Source: Rhodocyclaceae bacterium
GTDB taxonomy: Bacteria; Pseudomonadota; Gammaproteobacteria; Burkholderiales; Rhodocyclaceae
Assembly: GCA_044220545.1 (NCBI GenBank)
Contig: JBGAQX010000024.1
Location: 1,771-65,770, forward strand
Direction: 5' to 3'
DNA length: 64,000 bases
This document shows positions 1 to 9,033 of this stretch, one piece after another; within the stretch, counting starts at the first letter, position 1, and each line of letters starts with the position of its first letter. The notes under the pieces are model-generated. The model was not told the DNA's origin and did no database searches. It saw only the letters and a list, made by a program, of their open reading frames with translations. The position numbers and the translations under genes were made by a program.

Positions 1-507
1 GCGGTGGAACACTTCGGCTGGCTCACCGGCCCGCAGATGATGGACGGTTTGGCGCTGGGCGAAACCACGCCCGGCCCGCTGATCATGATTGTCACCTGGG
101 TTGGCTACATGGGCGGTGTGACCAAGTCTGCGCTTGGCGGCCCCGTCGCGGCGGGTCTTGCCGGCGCTGCGGTGGCAACGTTCTTCACCTTCCTGCCGAG
201 CTTCTGGTTCATCATCGCCGGGGGACCGATGATCGAGTCCACGCGCGGCGAACTCAAGTTCACCGCTCCGCTGACCGCCATCACAGCGGCTGTGGTAGGG
301 GTGATCCTGAACCTCGCCGTCTTCTTCGCCTGGCACACCTTCTGGCCCAAGGCCATGGCGACGGCGCCGTTCAACGGACCGTTCGACGCCATCCCGGTGG
401 TCATCGCCATCGCCTGTTTCATTGCCTTGTGGAAATACAAGGCCGACATCATGAAGGTGATCGGCGCCTGCGCGCTGCTTGGCCTTGCCTATTCATTGAT
501 CGCCTGA
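1..507 (+). CDS. chrA: Chromate transporter (ChrA family), C-terminal part; 5' end lies outside the window
   Basis: Open frame from base 1. Hydrophobic multi-TM sequence with GETTPGPLIM and FLPSF motifs typical of the CHR family. ChrB-domain gene lies 0.3 kb downstream. Confidence 0.75.
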   Translation, partial: AVEHFGWLTGPQMMDGLALGETTPGPLIMIVTWVGYMGGVTKSALGGPVAAGLAGAAVATFFTFLPSFWFIIAGGPMIESTRGELKFTAPLTAITAAVVGVILNLAVFFAWHTFWPKAMATAPFNGPFDAIPVVIAIACFIALWKYKADIMKVIGACALLGLAYSLIA

Positions 508-517
508 GGAAAAGACC

Positions 518-832
518 ATGGAACGCACCATCAAGCCGGACCATCTGAAGACCGCGCTGGCCGACAAGCACCTGATCGACGTGCGCCGCAAGGCCGACCT
601 CGACGCTTCGACCGAGGCCCTGCCCGGCGCCACCTGGCACGATCCGGAGAAGCTCGCCGAGTGGGCCGCCCACCTGCCGCGCGACAAGCACGTCGTGCTC
701 TATTGCGTGCGCGGTGGCTCCGTGTCCAACGGCGTCGTCGATGCGCTCCATGCGCAGGGTGTAAACGCCTGTTTCATCGAGGGTGGCATCGAGGGCTGGA
801 AGGCGGCCGGCGGCGAGGTGGCCAGGAAATGA
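518..832 (+). CDS. Single-domain rhodanese-like (sulfurtransferase) protein
   Basis: 104 aa. IDVRR...VVLYCVRGGSVS active-site-loop-like segment and EGGIEGW C-terminal motif. GAGGA ribosome-binding site 6 nt upstream of the ATG. Confidence 0.8.
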   Translation: MERTIKPDHLKTALADKHLIDVRRKADLDASTEALPGATWHDPEKLAEWAAHLPRDKHVVLYCVRGGSVSNGVVDALHAQGVNACFIEGGIEGWKAAGGEVARK

Positions 833-1284
833 AATGGATCACCCGCGAACGCCCGAAGATCGATCGCATCGCCTGTCCCTGGCTAGTGGCGCGCTTCGTC
901 GACGAGGCGCCCGAGTTCCTTTACGTGCCGGGCGGCGAGGTGATGAAGGTCGCCGCCGAAACCGGGGCCATTCCCTACGATGTATCCGGCGTCGAACTCG
1001 GCCATCATGGCGATCACTGTAGCTTCGATGCCTTCATCGCCAAGTACCGACTCGACGACCCGGCACTGCGCAAGCTGGCGCTGATCGTCCGCGCCGCCGA
1101 CTGCGGCGCGCCGCATCTGGCCAAGGAAGCGGCCGGCCTGCTGGCCATCTCGAAAGGCCTGTCGCTCAACTTCGAGGACGACCACGAGATGCTCCGGCAG
1201 GGCATGGTGATCTACGACGCGCTTTATGCGTGGTGCGCGGACACGCCGCTGAAGAAGGTTGGGCGCTTGCTGGGCATCAAGTGA
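829..1284 (+). CDS. ChrB C-terminal-domain (chromate resistance) protein
   Basis: Start chosen at ATG 829, which overlaps the rhodanese stop (ATGA). Begins MKWITRERPKIDRIACPWLV..., as in ChrB-C domain proteins. The track ORF from 661 is an out-of-context extension. Confidence 0.7.
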   Translation: MKWITRERPKIDRIACPWLVARFVDEAPEFLYVPGGEVMKVAAETGAIPYDVSGVELGHHGDHCSFDAFIAKYRLDDPALRKLALIVRAADCGAPHLAKEAAGLLAISKGLSLNFEDDHEMLRQGMVIYDALYAWCADTPLKKVGRLLGIK

Positions 1285-2609
1285 GCCTCCCCGCCGGCGT
1301 CGCTCCCGAAGCACGCCTGCTGCTGGTCGGCCGGGCCTTGCGCGCCGTCGCCGACGGTTACGTCGCCATCCTGCTGCCCGCGTATCTGCTGGCGCTCGGC
1401 CTTGGCCAGTGGCAGGTCGGGCTGGTCAGTACAGCCACGCTGCTCGGCTCGGCCCTGGCGACCTTGGCGGTCGGCGCCTGGGGCCATCGCTTCGCGCAGC
1501 GGCGCCTGCTGCTGGCTGCGGCCCTGCTGATGGCGGCGACGGGCCTGTTGCTGGCCGGCTGTTCCGATTTCTGGCCGCTGTTGGTGGTGGCATTCGTCGG
1601 CACGATGAATCCGAGCTCCGGCGACGTCAGCGTCTTCCTGCCGCTCGAACACGCCCGACTGGCCGAGGCCGCGCACGGCGACGCCCGCACGGTGCTGTTC
1701 TCGCGCTACACCTTCATCGGCGCGCTGTGCGCCGCCACCGGCGCCTTGGCGGCCGGCGTGCCGGACTGGTTGACCAGCCTCGGCGTAGACCGGCTGGGCG
1801 CCATGCGCGGCATGTTCGTCGTGTATGGCTTGACCGGTCTCGCCATCTGGCTGCTCTATCGCCGCCTGCCCGAACCCCGGGCCCACGAGCGGACTACCCC
1901 GCCGACGCCGCTGGGCCCCTCGCGGGGCATCGTCATCCGGCTCGCCGCGCTGTTTTCCCTCGATGCCTTCGCGGGCGGGCTGGTGGTCAATACGCTGCTG
2001 GCGCTGTGGCTGTTCGACCGCTTCGGCCTGTCGCTCGCCGCCGCCGGTTCATTCTTCTTCTGGGCCGGCCTGCTCACGGCCGGCTCGCAACTGGCCGCGC
2101 CCGTGGTGGCCCGAAGGATCGGCCTGATCAACACCATGGTGTTCACCCATATTCCGGCCAACATCAGCCTGATCCTGGCGGCGCTGGCACCCAGCATCGA
2201 ATGGGCCCTGGCGCTGCTGCTGCTGCGCAGCGCCCTTTCGCAAATGGACGTGCCGACCCGGTCGGCCTTCGTCATGGCCGTGGTCACGCCGGCCGAACGG
2301 CCCGCCGCCGCCAGCTTCACCGCCGTGCCGCGCAGCCTGGCCTCGGCGGCCGGCCCGACGCTCGGCGGCATGCTGTTCGCCAGCGGCTGGCTGGCGGCGC
2401 CACTGGTGGCTTGCGGGGTGCTGAAGATCGAAGATCGTCTACGACCTGGCGATCTGGCGGGCCTTCCGCCTTGTCAGGCCGCGCTAACCGCCCAGCGCCG
2501 CTGGCCGTCGCCGCGCCCGCCAGCGACGAACGGTGATGACCTAGGCATGGGAATATTCCACAAAATATCTGCGTCACAGTTCGTAGAACGGCACAGCGTG
2601 ACTCCCTAG
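1281..2609 (+). CDS. MFS transporter; 3' end apparently frameshifted by a 7-bp tandem duplication at 2423-2436
   Basis: 12-TM-like hydrophobic profile. GTG 1281 overlaps the upstream stop (GTGA). After ...GVLKI the frame becomes Arg/Pro-rich. Deleting one GAAGATC copy gives ...KIVYDLAIWRAFRLVRPR with stop at 2485-2487. Confidence 0.8.
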   Translation: MSLPAGVAPEARLLLVGRALRAVADGYVAILLPAYLLALGLGQWQVGLVSTATLLGSALATLAVGAWGHRFAQRRLLLAAALLMAATGLLLAGCSDFWPLLVVAFVGTMNPSSGDVSVFLPLEHARLAEAAHGDARTVLFSRYTFIGALCAATGALAAGVPDWLTSLGVDRLGAMRGMFVVYGLTGLAIWLLYRRLPEPRAHERTTPPTPLGPSRGIVIRLAALFSLDAFAGGLVVNTLLALWLFDRFGLSLAAAGSFFFWAGLLTAGSQLAAPVVARRIGLINTMVFTHIPANISLILAALAPSIEWALALLLLRSALSQMDVPTRSAFVMAVVTPAERPAAASFTAVPRSLASAAGPTLGGMLFASGWLAAPLVACGVLKIEDRLRPGDLAGLPPCQAALTAQRRWPSPRPPATNGDDLGMGIFHKISASQFVERHSVTP

Positions 2610-2662
2610 ACTGGGAACCGTCGCGAAAGCGATTCGTTCAACCCAAACCAAGGAGAGTCACC

Positions 2663-3019
2663 ATGATCACTCGCATTCTGAAGGTCGCAGCGCTTGGCCT
2701 GTTCCTGTCCCCGATGATGGTTTCCGCCGCTCCCAACGACGACAGGGTCGACGCCTGTCTGGATGCCAGCGCCACCTACGAAGCGCCGTATAACTCGCCC
2801 GACACCGACATTGCCGCCGATCCCTACCTGTACGCCAGTGCCGATTACGAAGTGCCTTACGAAGCGCCCGACACCAGCATCACCGCCGATGCCTGCCTGG
2901 ACGCCAGTTCCGACCACGAAGTACCCGTCAGCACGTCGCACGCCAGCGCCTCGGTCGACGCCTGTGTCGACGCCACGGAGCCCGTCCGCCCGGTGATGTC
3001 TCTCGCTCTCACCCGCTGA
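2663..3019 (+). CDS. Small secreted acidic repeat protein (hypothetical)
   Basis: AAGGAG ribosome-binding site upstream. Signal peptide MITRILKVAALGLFLSPMMVSA. Mature part is three degenerate 23-aa repeats (DAC[LV]DA..., YE.PY..PDT.I.AD). Confidence 0.55.
   Translation: MITRILKVAALGLFLSPMMVSAAPNDDRVDACLDASATYEAPYNSPDTDIAADPYLYASADYEVPYEAPDTSITADACLDASSDHEVPVSTSHASASVDACVDATEPVRPVMSLALTR
2753..2960 (+). repeat. Three degenerate 69-bp in-frame tandem repeats inside the secreted-protein CDS
   Basis: GCCTG(T/C)(C/G)T(G/C)GA(T/C)GCC recurs at 2753, 2891 and 2960. TACGAAG(C/T)GCC recurs at 2777 and 2846. Period is 69 nt. Confidence 0.6.
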
Positions 3020-3151
3020 TCGACTGAGGGCGGCCTCCATTCGGACGCCACCGCCCTCCTGCGTTGGTCGCCAACCGCTCCCTGTGGATCCCGTCGCCGC
3101 AGGGTCGAGGCAGGCGATGGCGCCGGGTGGCGATCTGGCGCCAGTTTCGGC

Positions 3152-4849
3152 TCATTGCGCCGCGCTGAACAGCTTCTGCCACAGCCAGCCACCGCCGCGC
3201 TCCCTGCCGGTGGTCACGTAGTCCAGCACATTGGTGTTCTGTAGCGTCAGCTCGAGCTGGCGCCGCACTCCCGGGCGACCGGCAAAGAGCAGGTGATCGC
3301 CGGCCACCAGACCGAGATCGTTGTTCGGCAGCAGATGCGTCTCCCCGTCCCTGTCGAGGAACAGCGGCAGAATGGCCAGTGCTTCGTCGCGGTCTGTGTT
3401 GTCGCGCAACAGCTGGGCGAGACCGAACTCGCTGCCGGCCATCAGGGCGCGCCAGGCCGCCGGCGCCTCACCGACGTTCAAGCGCACGCTCCATATCTCC
3501 GGAACGCGGTCGCCGCCGAATTGCTGGAGATGACCGGCCAGCTCCCGGCAGAACGCCTCATCCTGCCCACGCAGGCGCTCCAGGAAGACGGTCAACAGCG
3601 GCGTGGTCAGAATGGCGATGCATTCCCGAGCGATGATGCGGCTCGGCACCATGCAGAAGTCGTCATGAAACGCTTCGAACAGGACGCCGTTGGCGGTCTG
3701 GTTCTGCCGCGTGACGACGAACAGCCTCGGGTTGAGCTCCTTGGCCGTCACGGCGATGGAGAGATTCTTCACGTCGCTGTCACTGCCGGCGACGATGCCG
3801 GCGGCGCCATCGATGCCGGCTTCGACCAGGGTGGCCGCCTCGGTGCCCAGCCCGCGAACCCGGCGCGGACCGTCGCCGGGCACCGAAGCCTCGGGGTCGA
3901 TGATGGTCAGCTCGATGCCGGTCGGCGCCAGGCGCTCGACCACGGCGCGCCCGAAGCGACCATAGCCGCAGACGAGCCAATGACCGCGCGGCGGCCGATG
4001 CGGCTCCGGCAACTCGCTGCCGGGCAAACCGGTAACAAGCTCGATCAACCGGAAGCGCTCCGGCGCGGCCACCGCCAGGGCCAGGTACTCGGCGAAGCGC
4101 TGAAAGGGATCGATGATGTGGTCGGTGCCGAACGAAGCCAGGTTGGCGGCCAGCAGCGGACTGCTGGTGCGCGCCAGCACCGGGATGTCGGGATGGATCA
4201 GGCGCGTGGCGATGGCGATGGCCAGGTTGGCCGGTTCGTCGTCGGTGAGCGCCAGCACGGCGCGGCACTTCGGATGGCGCAGGCCCGCCAGCACCAGGTT
4301 GGCGGGTTGGCGGGCGTCGGCGGCGAGGGTCGGCGTGTCGGTCTTGAAGTCCTCGAGATCCAGTTCCTGCACGCGCAGTTCGTCCTTTTCCAGGACCACG
4401 AACTTGCGGCCGAGGCGGTCGAGGGTGTGGCAGACGAGGCTGCCGGTCTCGCCGCAGCCGCACACCAGATAAAAGGATTCCTGGGTCTGGCGCACGCGCC
4501 GCGCGAAACGGGTGGCGACCAGGGTGTTCTGGAAGCCCTTGTCCTGGAACAGGGCCAGCAGCGTCAGTATCGAATAGGACCAGCCGATGACGGTCAGGTA
4601 GATACAAATGGTGACCCAAAGCCGCTGGGCATCGGAAAAGGCCGCCGGAATCTCGCCAAAGCCGATGGTGGTGGCGGTATAGCTGACGAAGTAGAAGGCA
4701 TGAAAGAAACTCAGCGGTGGCGCCGGCCGGCCATTGGCGTCGACGCCCGGGACCAGCGCAAGGCCAAGCAGCGAGACCGCGTAGATGGCGATCAGGACGA
4801 TCAGCGGCGCCCGCATGCGCCGCAGGACAAGGAAGAAGACGCTGTTCAT
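3152..4849 (-). CDS. Two-TM potassium channel with tandem RCK/TrkA-N domains
   Basis: 565 aa. Short membrane domain with pore signature TATTIGFGE (codons about 4652-4672), followed by two NAD-binding-like RCK segments (VCGCGETG, VCGYGRFG). Confidence 0.85.
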   Translation of the reverse strand: MNSVFFLVLRRMRAPLIVLIAIYAVSLLGLALVPGVDANGRPAPPLSFFHAFYFVSYTATTIGFGEIPAAFSDAQRLWVTICIYLTVIGWSYSILTLLALFQDKGFQNTLVATRFARRVRQTQESFYLVCGCGETGSLVCHTLDRLGRKFVVLEKDELRVQELDLEDFKTDTPTLAADARQPANLVLAGLRHPKCRAVLALTDDEPANLAIAIATRLIHPDIPVLARTSSPLLAANLASFGTDHIIDPFQRFAEYLALAVAAPERFRLIELVTGLPGSELPEPHRPPRGHWLVCGYGRFGRAVVERLAPTGIELTIIDPEASVPGDGPRRVRGLGTEAATLVEAGIDGAAGIVAGSDSDVKNLSIAVTAKELNPRLFVVTRQNQTANGVLFEAFHDDFCMVPSRIIARECIAILTTPLLTVFLERLRGQDEAFCRELAGHLQQFGGDRVPEIWSVRLNVGEAPAAWRALMAGSEFGLAQLLRDNTDRDEALAILPLFLDRDGETHLLPNNDLGLVAGDHLLFAGRPGVRRQLELTLQNTNVLDYVTTGRERGGGWLWQKLFSAAQ

Positions 4850-4861
4850 GGCGCCGTCTCC

Positions 4862-5245
4862 CTAGCGCCGCATCATGACCGTTTCCGCAATCAGGATAAC
4901 CACCGAGACGACGTTGGCGAACAGCGCGCCGCCGGACAAGGAGACGACGCTGGAAGTGACATGGGCGGTCATGCCAACACCGGTGATATGCACCGCCACG
5001 GCCCAGGTGATGGCGGCGGCCAGCAGTTGCAGGTCGGCGACCAGACTGGTGGCGAGATGAATGGCGCCGATCTGGGTACGATCACCGAACTTCAGCACGG
5101 TCGCGATCAGATTGACGACGATGGCCGCGAACAATTCATAGATGCTGTGCAGTTCGGGGCGATCGATGTCGCCGATGAAGAAGCCGAAGTTGAGCGTGGC
5201 GGCCAGGACGATGAAGAAGCCGAAAACCACTTTTTCCAGGTTCAT
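4862..5245 (-). CDS. Small integral membrane protein (hypothetical), co-operonic with the K+ channel
   Basis: 127 aa with four hydrophobic segments. GAGGAG ribosome-binding site upstream of ATG 5245. 12-nt gap to the channel gene. Confidence 0.6.
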   Translation of the reverse strand: MNLEKVVFGFFIVLAATLNFGFFIGDIDRPELHSIYELFAAIVVNLIATVLKFGDRTQIGAIHLATSLVADLQLLAAAITWAVAVHITGVGMTAHVTSSVVSLSGGALFANVVSVVILIAETVMMRR

Positions 5246-5276
5246 GTCATCTCCTCGTCGGGCGCCCGAGCGATGC

Positions 5277-6626
5277 CTAGGCGATCGCGACCCGGTTCTT
5301 GCCGAGGCGCTTGGCTTCGTAGAGCGCCGAATCGGCGCGTTCGACGGCCGAGATCAGCGTATCGGTGCCCAGCTTGACAACCGTCACACCGGCACTGAAG
5401 GTGATCAGGAGGCGGTCGTTGCCATGCAGGAAGAAATGCTTGGTCAGCTCCCGCTGCAGCCGCCGCATCACGGCATCGGCGCCGGCGACGTCGGTATCGG
5501 GCAGCACGATGACGAACTCCTCGCCGCCATAGCGGGCCATGGTGTCGGTGCCGTGGAGGGCGTTGCGGATCACCGAGGCAAGATGCACCAGCGCCTCGTC
5601 GCCGACGGTATGGCCGTGGCTGTCGTTGAGCAGCTTGAAGTTGTCCACATCGAGGATGCCGATGGCCAGGGGTGTCTGGTCGTGCTCGGCCCGGCCGACC
5701 TCCCGGGCCCAGATATCCTCGAGACCCGAACGATTGAGGGCGCCGGTCAGATTGTCGCGGCGAGCTTTCTCGTTGGTTTCCGCCAGATGCCGACGGAGGT
5801 CGTTGATCTGTTGCTCTGCTTGCACCAGCCGCTCATGGGTGAGCGACATGTTGTCGTGCGAGTGGCGCACGGCGCTGCCCATGTCCCGGACGAACACGTC
5901 CAGTTCGCCGACGACACTGGTGATCTGGGCCAGGTCGTTGGCCGCCTGGACATGCTCGCCCAGTTCGGTGATCTTGACCTCGTAGCTGGCCGTGTCCTTG
6001 ACCATCGACGCCGCCTGCCGGATCAGTTCCGCCATGACGGCCTTGAGGGCCTGCTGGGAGGCCACGACGGCATTGCGCAAGTCCCGCTGCTGGTCGATCA
6101 CGCCCCGCAGGACATCCTTGGCCTTGGTCACGTCCGCCGACGACACATGGCCGGCCAGAAACTCTTCGGTCGTCTGTAGCTGGCTGCTGAACAGTTGGCC
6201 TTCCTCGGCCAGGCTGCCCAGGCTGCCGACGATGTATTGGACGAGATCGACCAGTTGGGCCTGTAGCTCGGTGCCGCCGGCCAGATCCCGCTTCATCCGG
6301 ACGCCGAGGCCGTGGCCGATGTCGCGAACCTTCTGCAGGTCATGCTCGGAGGAGGAAGCCGACACCAACTGGCCCAGTTCCCGGGCGACACGCACTGTCT
6401 CCTCGTCGAGCAGCAGCCCCGACGCCTGGCAGGAGCGCAGCAGGCCGATCAGCGCCTCTTCGAGCAGCGACGCGTAACGGCAGAAGGAGGCCCAACTCTC
6501 GCGTTTGCCTTCCACCTCGCGATAGGTACGGCAATAATTGACCGGGACCGGTGCGACACGCTCCCGGGCCAGGCGGGTCAATGTCTGCTTGGCGATTTCA
6601 CCCGGGGTGTCGGCTGGGGAATCCAT
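5277..6626 (-). CDS. Diguanylate cyclase (GGDEF domain) with a long N-terminal helical sensor region
   Basis: C-terminal DNFKLLNDSHGHTVGDEAL and RYGGEEF (GGEEF) motifs. Confidence 0.85.
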   Translation of the reverse strand: MDSPADTPGEIAKQTLTRLARERVAPVPVNYCRTYREVEGKRESWASFCRYASLLEEALIGLLRSCQASGLLLDEETVRVARELGQLVSASSSEHDLQKVRDIGHGLGVRMKRDLAGGTELQAQLVDLVQYIVGSLGSLAEEGQLFSSQLQTTEEFLAGHVSSADVTKAKDVLRGVIDQQRDLRNAVVASQQALKAVMAELIRQAASMVKDTASYEVKITELGEHVQAANDLAQITSVVGELDVFVRDMGSAVRHSHDNMSLTHERLVQAEQQINDLRRHLAETNEKARRDNLTGALNRSGLEDIWAREVGRAEHDQTPLAIGILDVDNFKLLNDSHGHTVGDEALVHLASVIRNALHGTDTMARYGGEEFVIVLPDTDVAGADAVMRRLQRELTKHFFLHGNDRLLITFSAGVTVVKLGTDTLISAVERADSALYEAKRLGKNRVAIA

Positions 6627-6723
6627 GACGGACCATGCGCGGAATTGAACAGCCGAGAGTATCTCCGGCCAAGGCCGCCACAGTCAATTGCTGATTCGTG
6701 CCGGACAACACGCGCCGCTTCGT

Positions 6724-6951
6724 CTAGCGTTCGCGCACCAGATAGCCAGCCGGCCGGTGCTGGGGATTCCACGAGAACAGCGGACGGACAGTCTCGCTCA
6801 ACGCCTCCAGCAGCGACAAGAGCGTATTACCCAGAAGGACAGCCAGCACGCCAAGCCGCTCGGCAAACACTCCCTGCAGGCGCTGCATTTCCTCGGCCCG
6901 CAATTGACGGGCATAACGTTCGATGGCGATGATGTCGATGGGGCGGTTCAT
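6724..6951 (-). CDS. Small hypothetical protein (75 aa)
   Basis: Strong AGGAG ribosome-binding site 6 nt upstream of ATG 6951. No family recognised with confidence. Confidence 0.45.
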   Translation of the reverse strand: MNRPIDIIAIERYARQLRAEEMQRLQGVFAERLGVLAVLLGNTLLSLLEALSETVRPLFSWNPQHRPAGYLVRER

Positions 6952-7041
6952 GATTGACTCCTAATTTTCGTGCAGTGCAGCACAACTGTTGTCACTGTAA
7001 TTGCGATTCATATCAATAACAATCCATCAACATGTAACAAC

Positions 7042-7051
7042 ATTCATGAAT
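7042..7051. promoter_or_regulatory. Perfect 10-bp palindrome ATTCATGAAT in the AT-rich region upstream of the LysR gene; possible operator
   Basis: Seen directly. A further ATTCAT copy lies about 40 bp upstream. Located 20 bp before the LysR ATG. Function is inferred only. Confidence 0.2.
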
Positions 7052-7070
7052 ATTGGTCCATAATTAGCCA

Positions 7071-8009
7071 ATGGATCGTGCCGCCGAAATGACCGCCTTC
7101 GTTCGCGCCGTGGACACCGGCGGGTTTTCTGCCGCGGCGCGGGAACTCGCCCTGACGCCCTCGGCGCTGTCGAAACTGGTCACCCGGCTCGAGGACCGGC
7201 TCGGTGCCCGCCTGCTCCATCGCACCACGCGACGCCTGCAATTGACCCCCGAGGGCGAGGCCTTCTACGCCCGCGCCAGGCGCATCCTCGCCGCCATGGA
7301 CGAGGCGGAAGCCGAGGTCGCGCAGGCCGGCGCCAGCCCGCGCGGCCTGCTGCGCCTGCACTGCGGCTCGGCCTTCGGCCTGCACCAACTGGCGGCGGCG
7401 ATTCCCGGCTTCCTGGCGCGGTATCCGGGCGTCGAACTGGACATCACGATCAACGATCAGCCGCCGGAACAGTTGGAGGAAAGCTTCGATCTGGCCATCC
7501 GCATCGGCCCGCTCGACGAGTCGTCGATCGTCGCCCGGCGCATCTGCAACCTCGAGCGGGTCATCTGCGCCGCGCCCGCCTACCTCGAGAGGGCCGGCAC
7601 CCCGCGTACGCCCGACGACCTGCAGGCGCACAACTGCCTGTGGATCACCAGCCTGCCCGCCTTGCGGCGCTGGCCGTTCGACACCAACGACGGCATCCGG
7701 GTCGTGCACATCAGCGGCAACGTCGTCGCCAACAACGCCGAAACGGTGCTCCAGCTCGCCGTGGCCGGCGTCGGCATCACCCGGCTGACCGACCTGATCG
7801 TCGGCGAGGCGCTACAGCGCGGTGAGCTGGTGCCCATCCTCACCGACTGGCACCACGTCGAGCCGGTGCCACTCTACGCCACCTACCCCGGTGGCCGGCA
7901 CCTGGCGCCGAAGGTGCGCGCCATGGTCGATTTTCTGGTCGAACAGTTCGGCAACGCGCCATGGCGCGCGCCGATCGAGAAGCGCTCACGGGCACAAGCA
8001 TTGAAGTAA
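7071..8009 (+). CDS. LysR-family transcriptional regulator
   Basis: N-terminal HTH (MTAFVRAVDTGGFSAAARELALTPSALSKLVTRLE) followed by a LysR substrate-binding domain. Confidence 0.9.
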   Translation: MDRAAEMTAFVRAVDTGGFSAAARELALTPSALSKLVTRLEDRLGARLLHRTTRRLQLTPEGEAFYARARRILAAMDEAEAEVAQAGASPRGLLRLHCGSAFGLHQLAAAIPGFLARYPGVELDITINDQPPEQLEESFDLAIRIGPLDESSIVARRICNLERVICAAPAYLERAGTPRTPDDLQAHNCLWITSLPALRRWPFDTNDGIRVVHISGNVVANNAETVLQLAVAGVGITRLTDLIVGEALQRGELVPILTDWHHVEPVPLYATYPGGRHLAPKVRAMVDFLVEQFGNAPWRAPIEKRSRAQALK

Positions 8010-8034
8010 AGTCGCGAGAGGAGGCTGCCAAGCA

Positions 8035-8967
8035 ATGCCGAAACTTTCGATTGCCGCATTTATCGTTGCCCTGACTCTGCTGGCCAGCAACGGCGCGCGC
8101 GCCGACTACGTGCCCAAGGCCGAGCGGGTGATTGACAACGTGTTCGCCATCGTCGGCCCGCTCGGCCAGCGCAGCACCGACAACGACGGCTTGAACGCCA
8201 CCTTCGGTTTCATCGTCACTCCCGCCGGGGTCATCCTCATCGACTCCGGCGCCAGTCGGCGCGGAGCGGAGAAACTCGCCCAGGCCATCGGCGCGGTCAC
8301 CGACCAACCGGTGCGCTGGGTCATCAACACCGGTGGCCAGGACCATCGCTGGCTGGGCAACGATTTCTTCGCCAGCCAGGGCGCGGAGATCATCGCCATG
8401 AGCCGTACCGCCACCGGCCAAGGCCAAAATGGCGGCCAGCAGCTACAGGGTCTGGAACGCTTCCTCGGCAAGGGCCTGGCGGGAACGCGCGCCCAGTCGG
8501 CAACCACCCGATTGACCGGTGGCGAGGCGACGGTAGAACGCGGCGGCGAGACCCTGACCCTGCGTTACACCGATGCACATTTCCCCGGTGACGCCATGAT
8601 CTTCCTGGCCAGGCGCGGCGTCGCATTCACCGGCGACCTGGTCTACGTCGATCGGCTGCTCGGGGTGCTGCCCGTGTCCAGCGTGCGCCAGGGACAACAG
8701 GCTTTCCAGGCCTTGGCGGCGCTCAAGCCCGCCCACATCGTGCCCGGCCACGGGCGCGTCTGCGATCTGGCCAAGGCGAAGCGCGATACCGGCGACTACT
8801 ACGATTTCCTGGTCAACACCATCGGCGCCGCCGCCAGGGAGATGGAACCCATCGACGCGGTGCTCGACCGCCATGCTGACGCGCCCGCCTTTCGGCACCT
8901 CGACAATTTCAAGGATCTGCACCGGGCCAACATGAACCGGGCCTTCACCGAATTCGAAGCCCAGTAG
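8035..8967 (+). CDS. Periplasmic MBL-fold (metallo-beta-lactamase superfamily) protein with a degenerate HxHxDH motif
   Basis: Signal peptide present. MBL-like blocks [16 protein letters not shown] (in place of THxHxDH), AHFPGD, FTGDLVY and VPGHG. Confidence 0.75.
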   Translation: MPKLSIAAFIVALTLLASNGARADYVPKAERVIDNVFAIVGPLGQRSTDNDGLNATFGFIVTPAGVILIDSGASRRGAEKLAQAIGAVTDQPVRWVINTGGQDHRWLGNDFFASQGAEIIAMSRTATGQGQNGGQQLQGLERFLGKGLAGTRAQSATTRLTGGEATVERGGETLTLRYTDAHFPGDAMIFLARRGVAFTGDLVYVDRLLGVLPVSSVRQGQQAFQALAALKPAHIVPGHGRVCDLAKAKRDTGDYYDFLVNTIGAAAREMEPIDAVLDRHADAPAFRHLDNFKDLHRANMNRAFTEFEAQ

Positions 8968-9033
8968 CGCCCCTGGCGCCTTCGCCATCAGCGGCGATAA
9001 ACTTCTCCGACCAGCCCCGCGCAACCACCGTCC

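Noticed and set aside
1259-2536. 425-aa ORF in an alternative frame of the MFS gene
   Set aside because: The translation is extremely Arg/Pro/Gly/Ala-rich. It is the same-strand +2 frame of a clearly hydrophobic transporter and is not coding.
3293-5377. 694-aa plus-strand ORF
   Set aside because: It lies antisense to the K+ channel and small membrane protein genes. Its composition is Arg/Gly/Asp/Gln/His-rich with no recognisable motif. This is a typical shadow ORF of high-G+C DNA.
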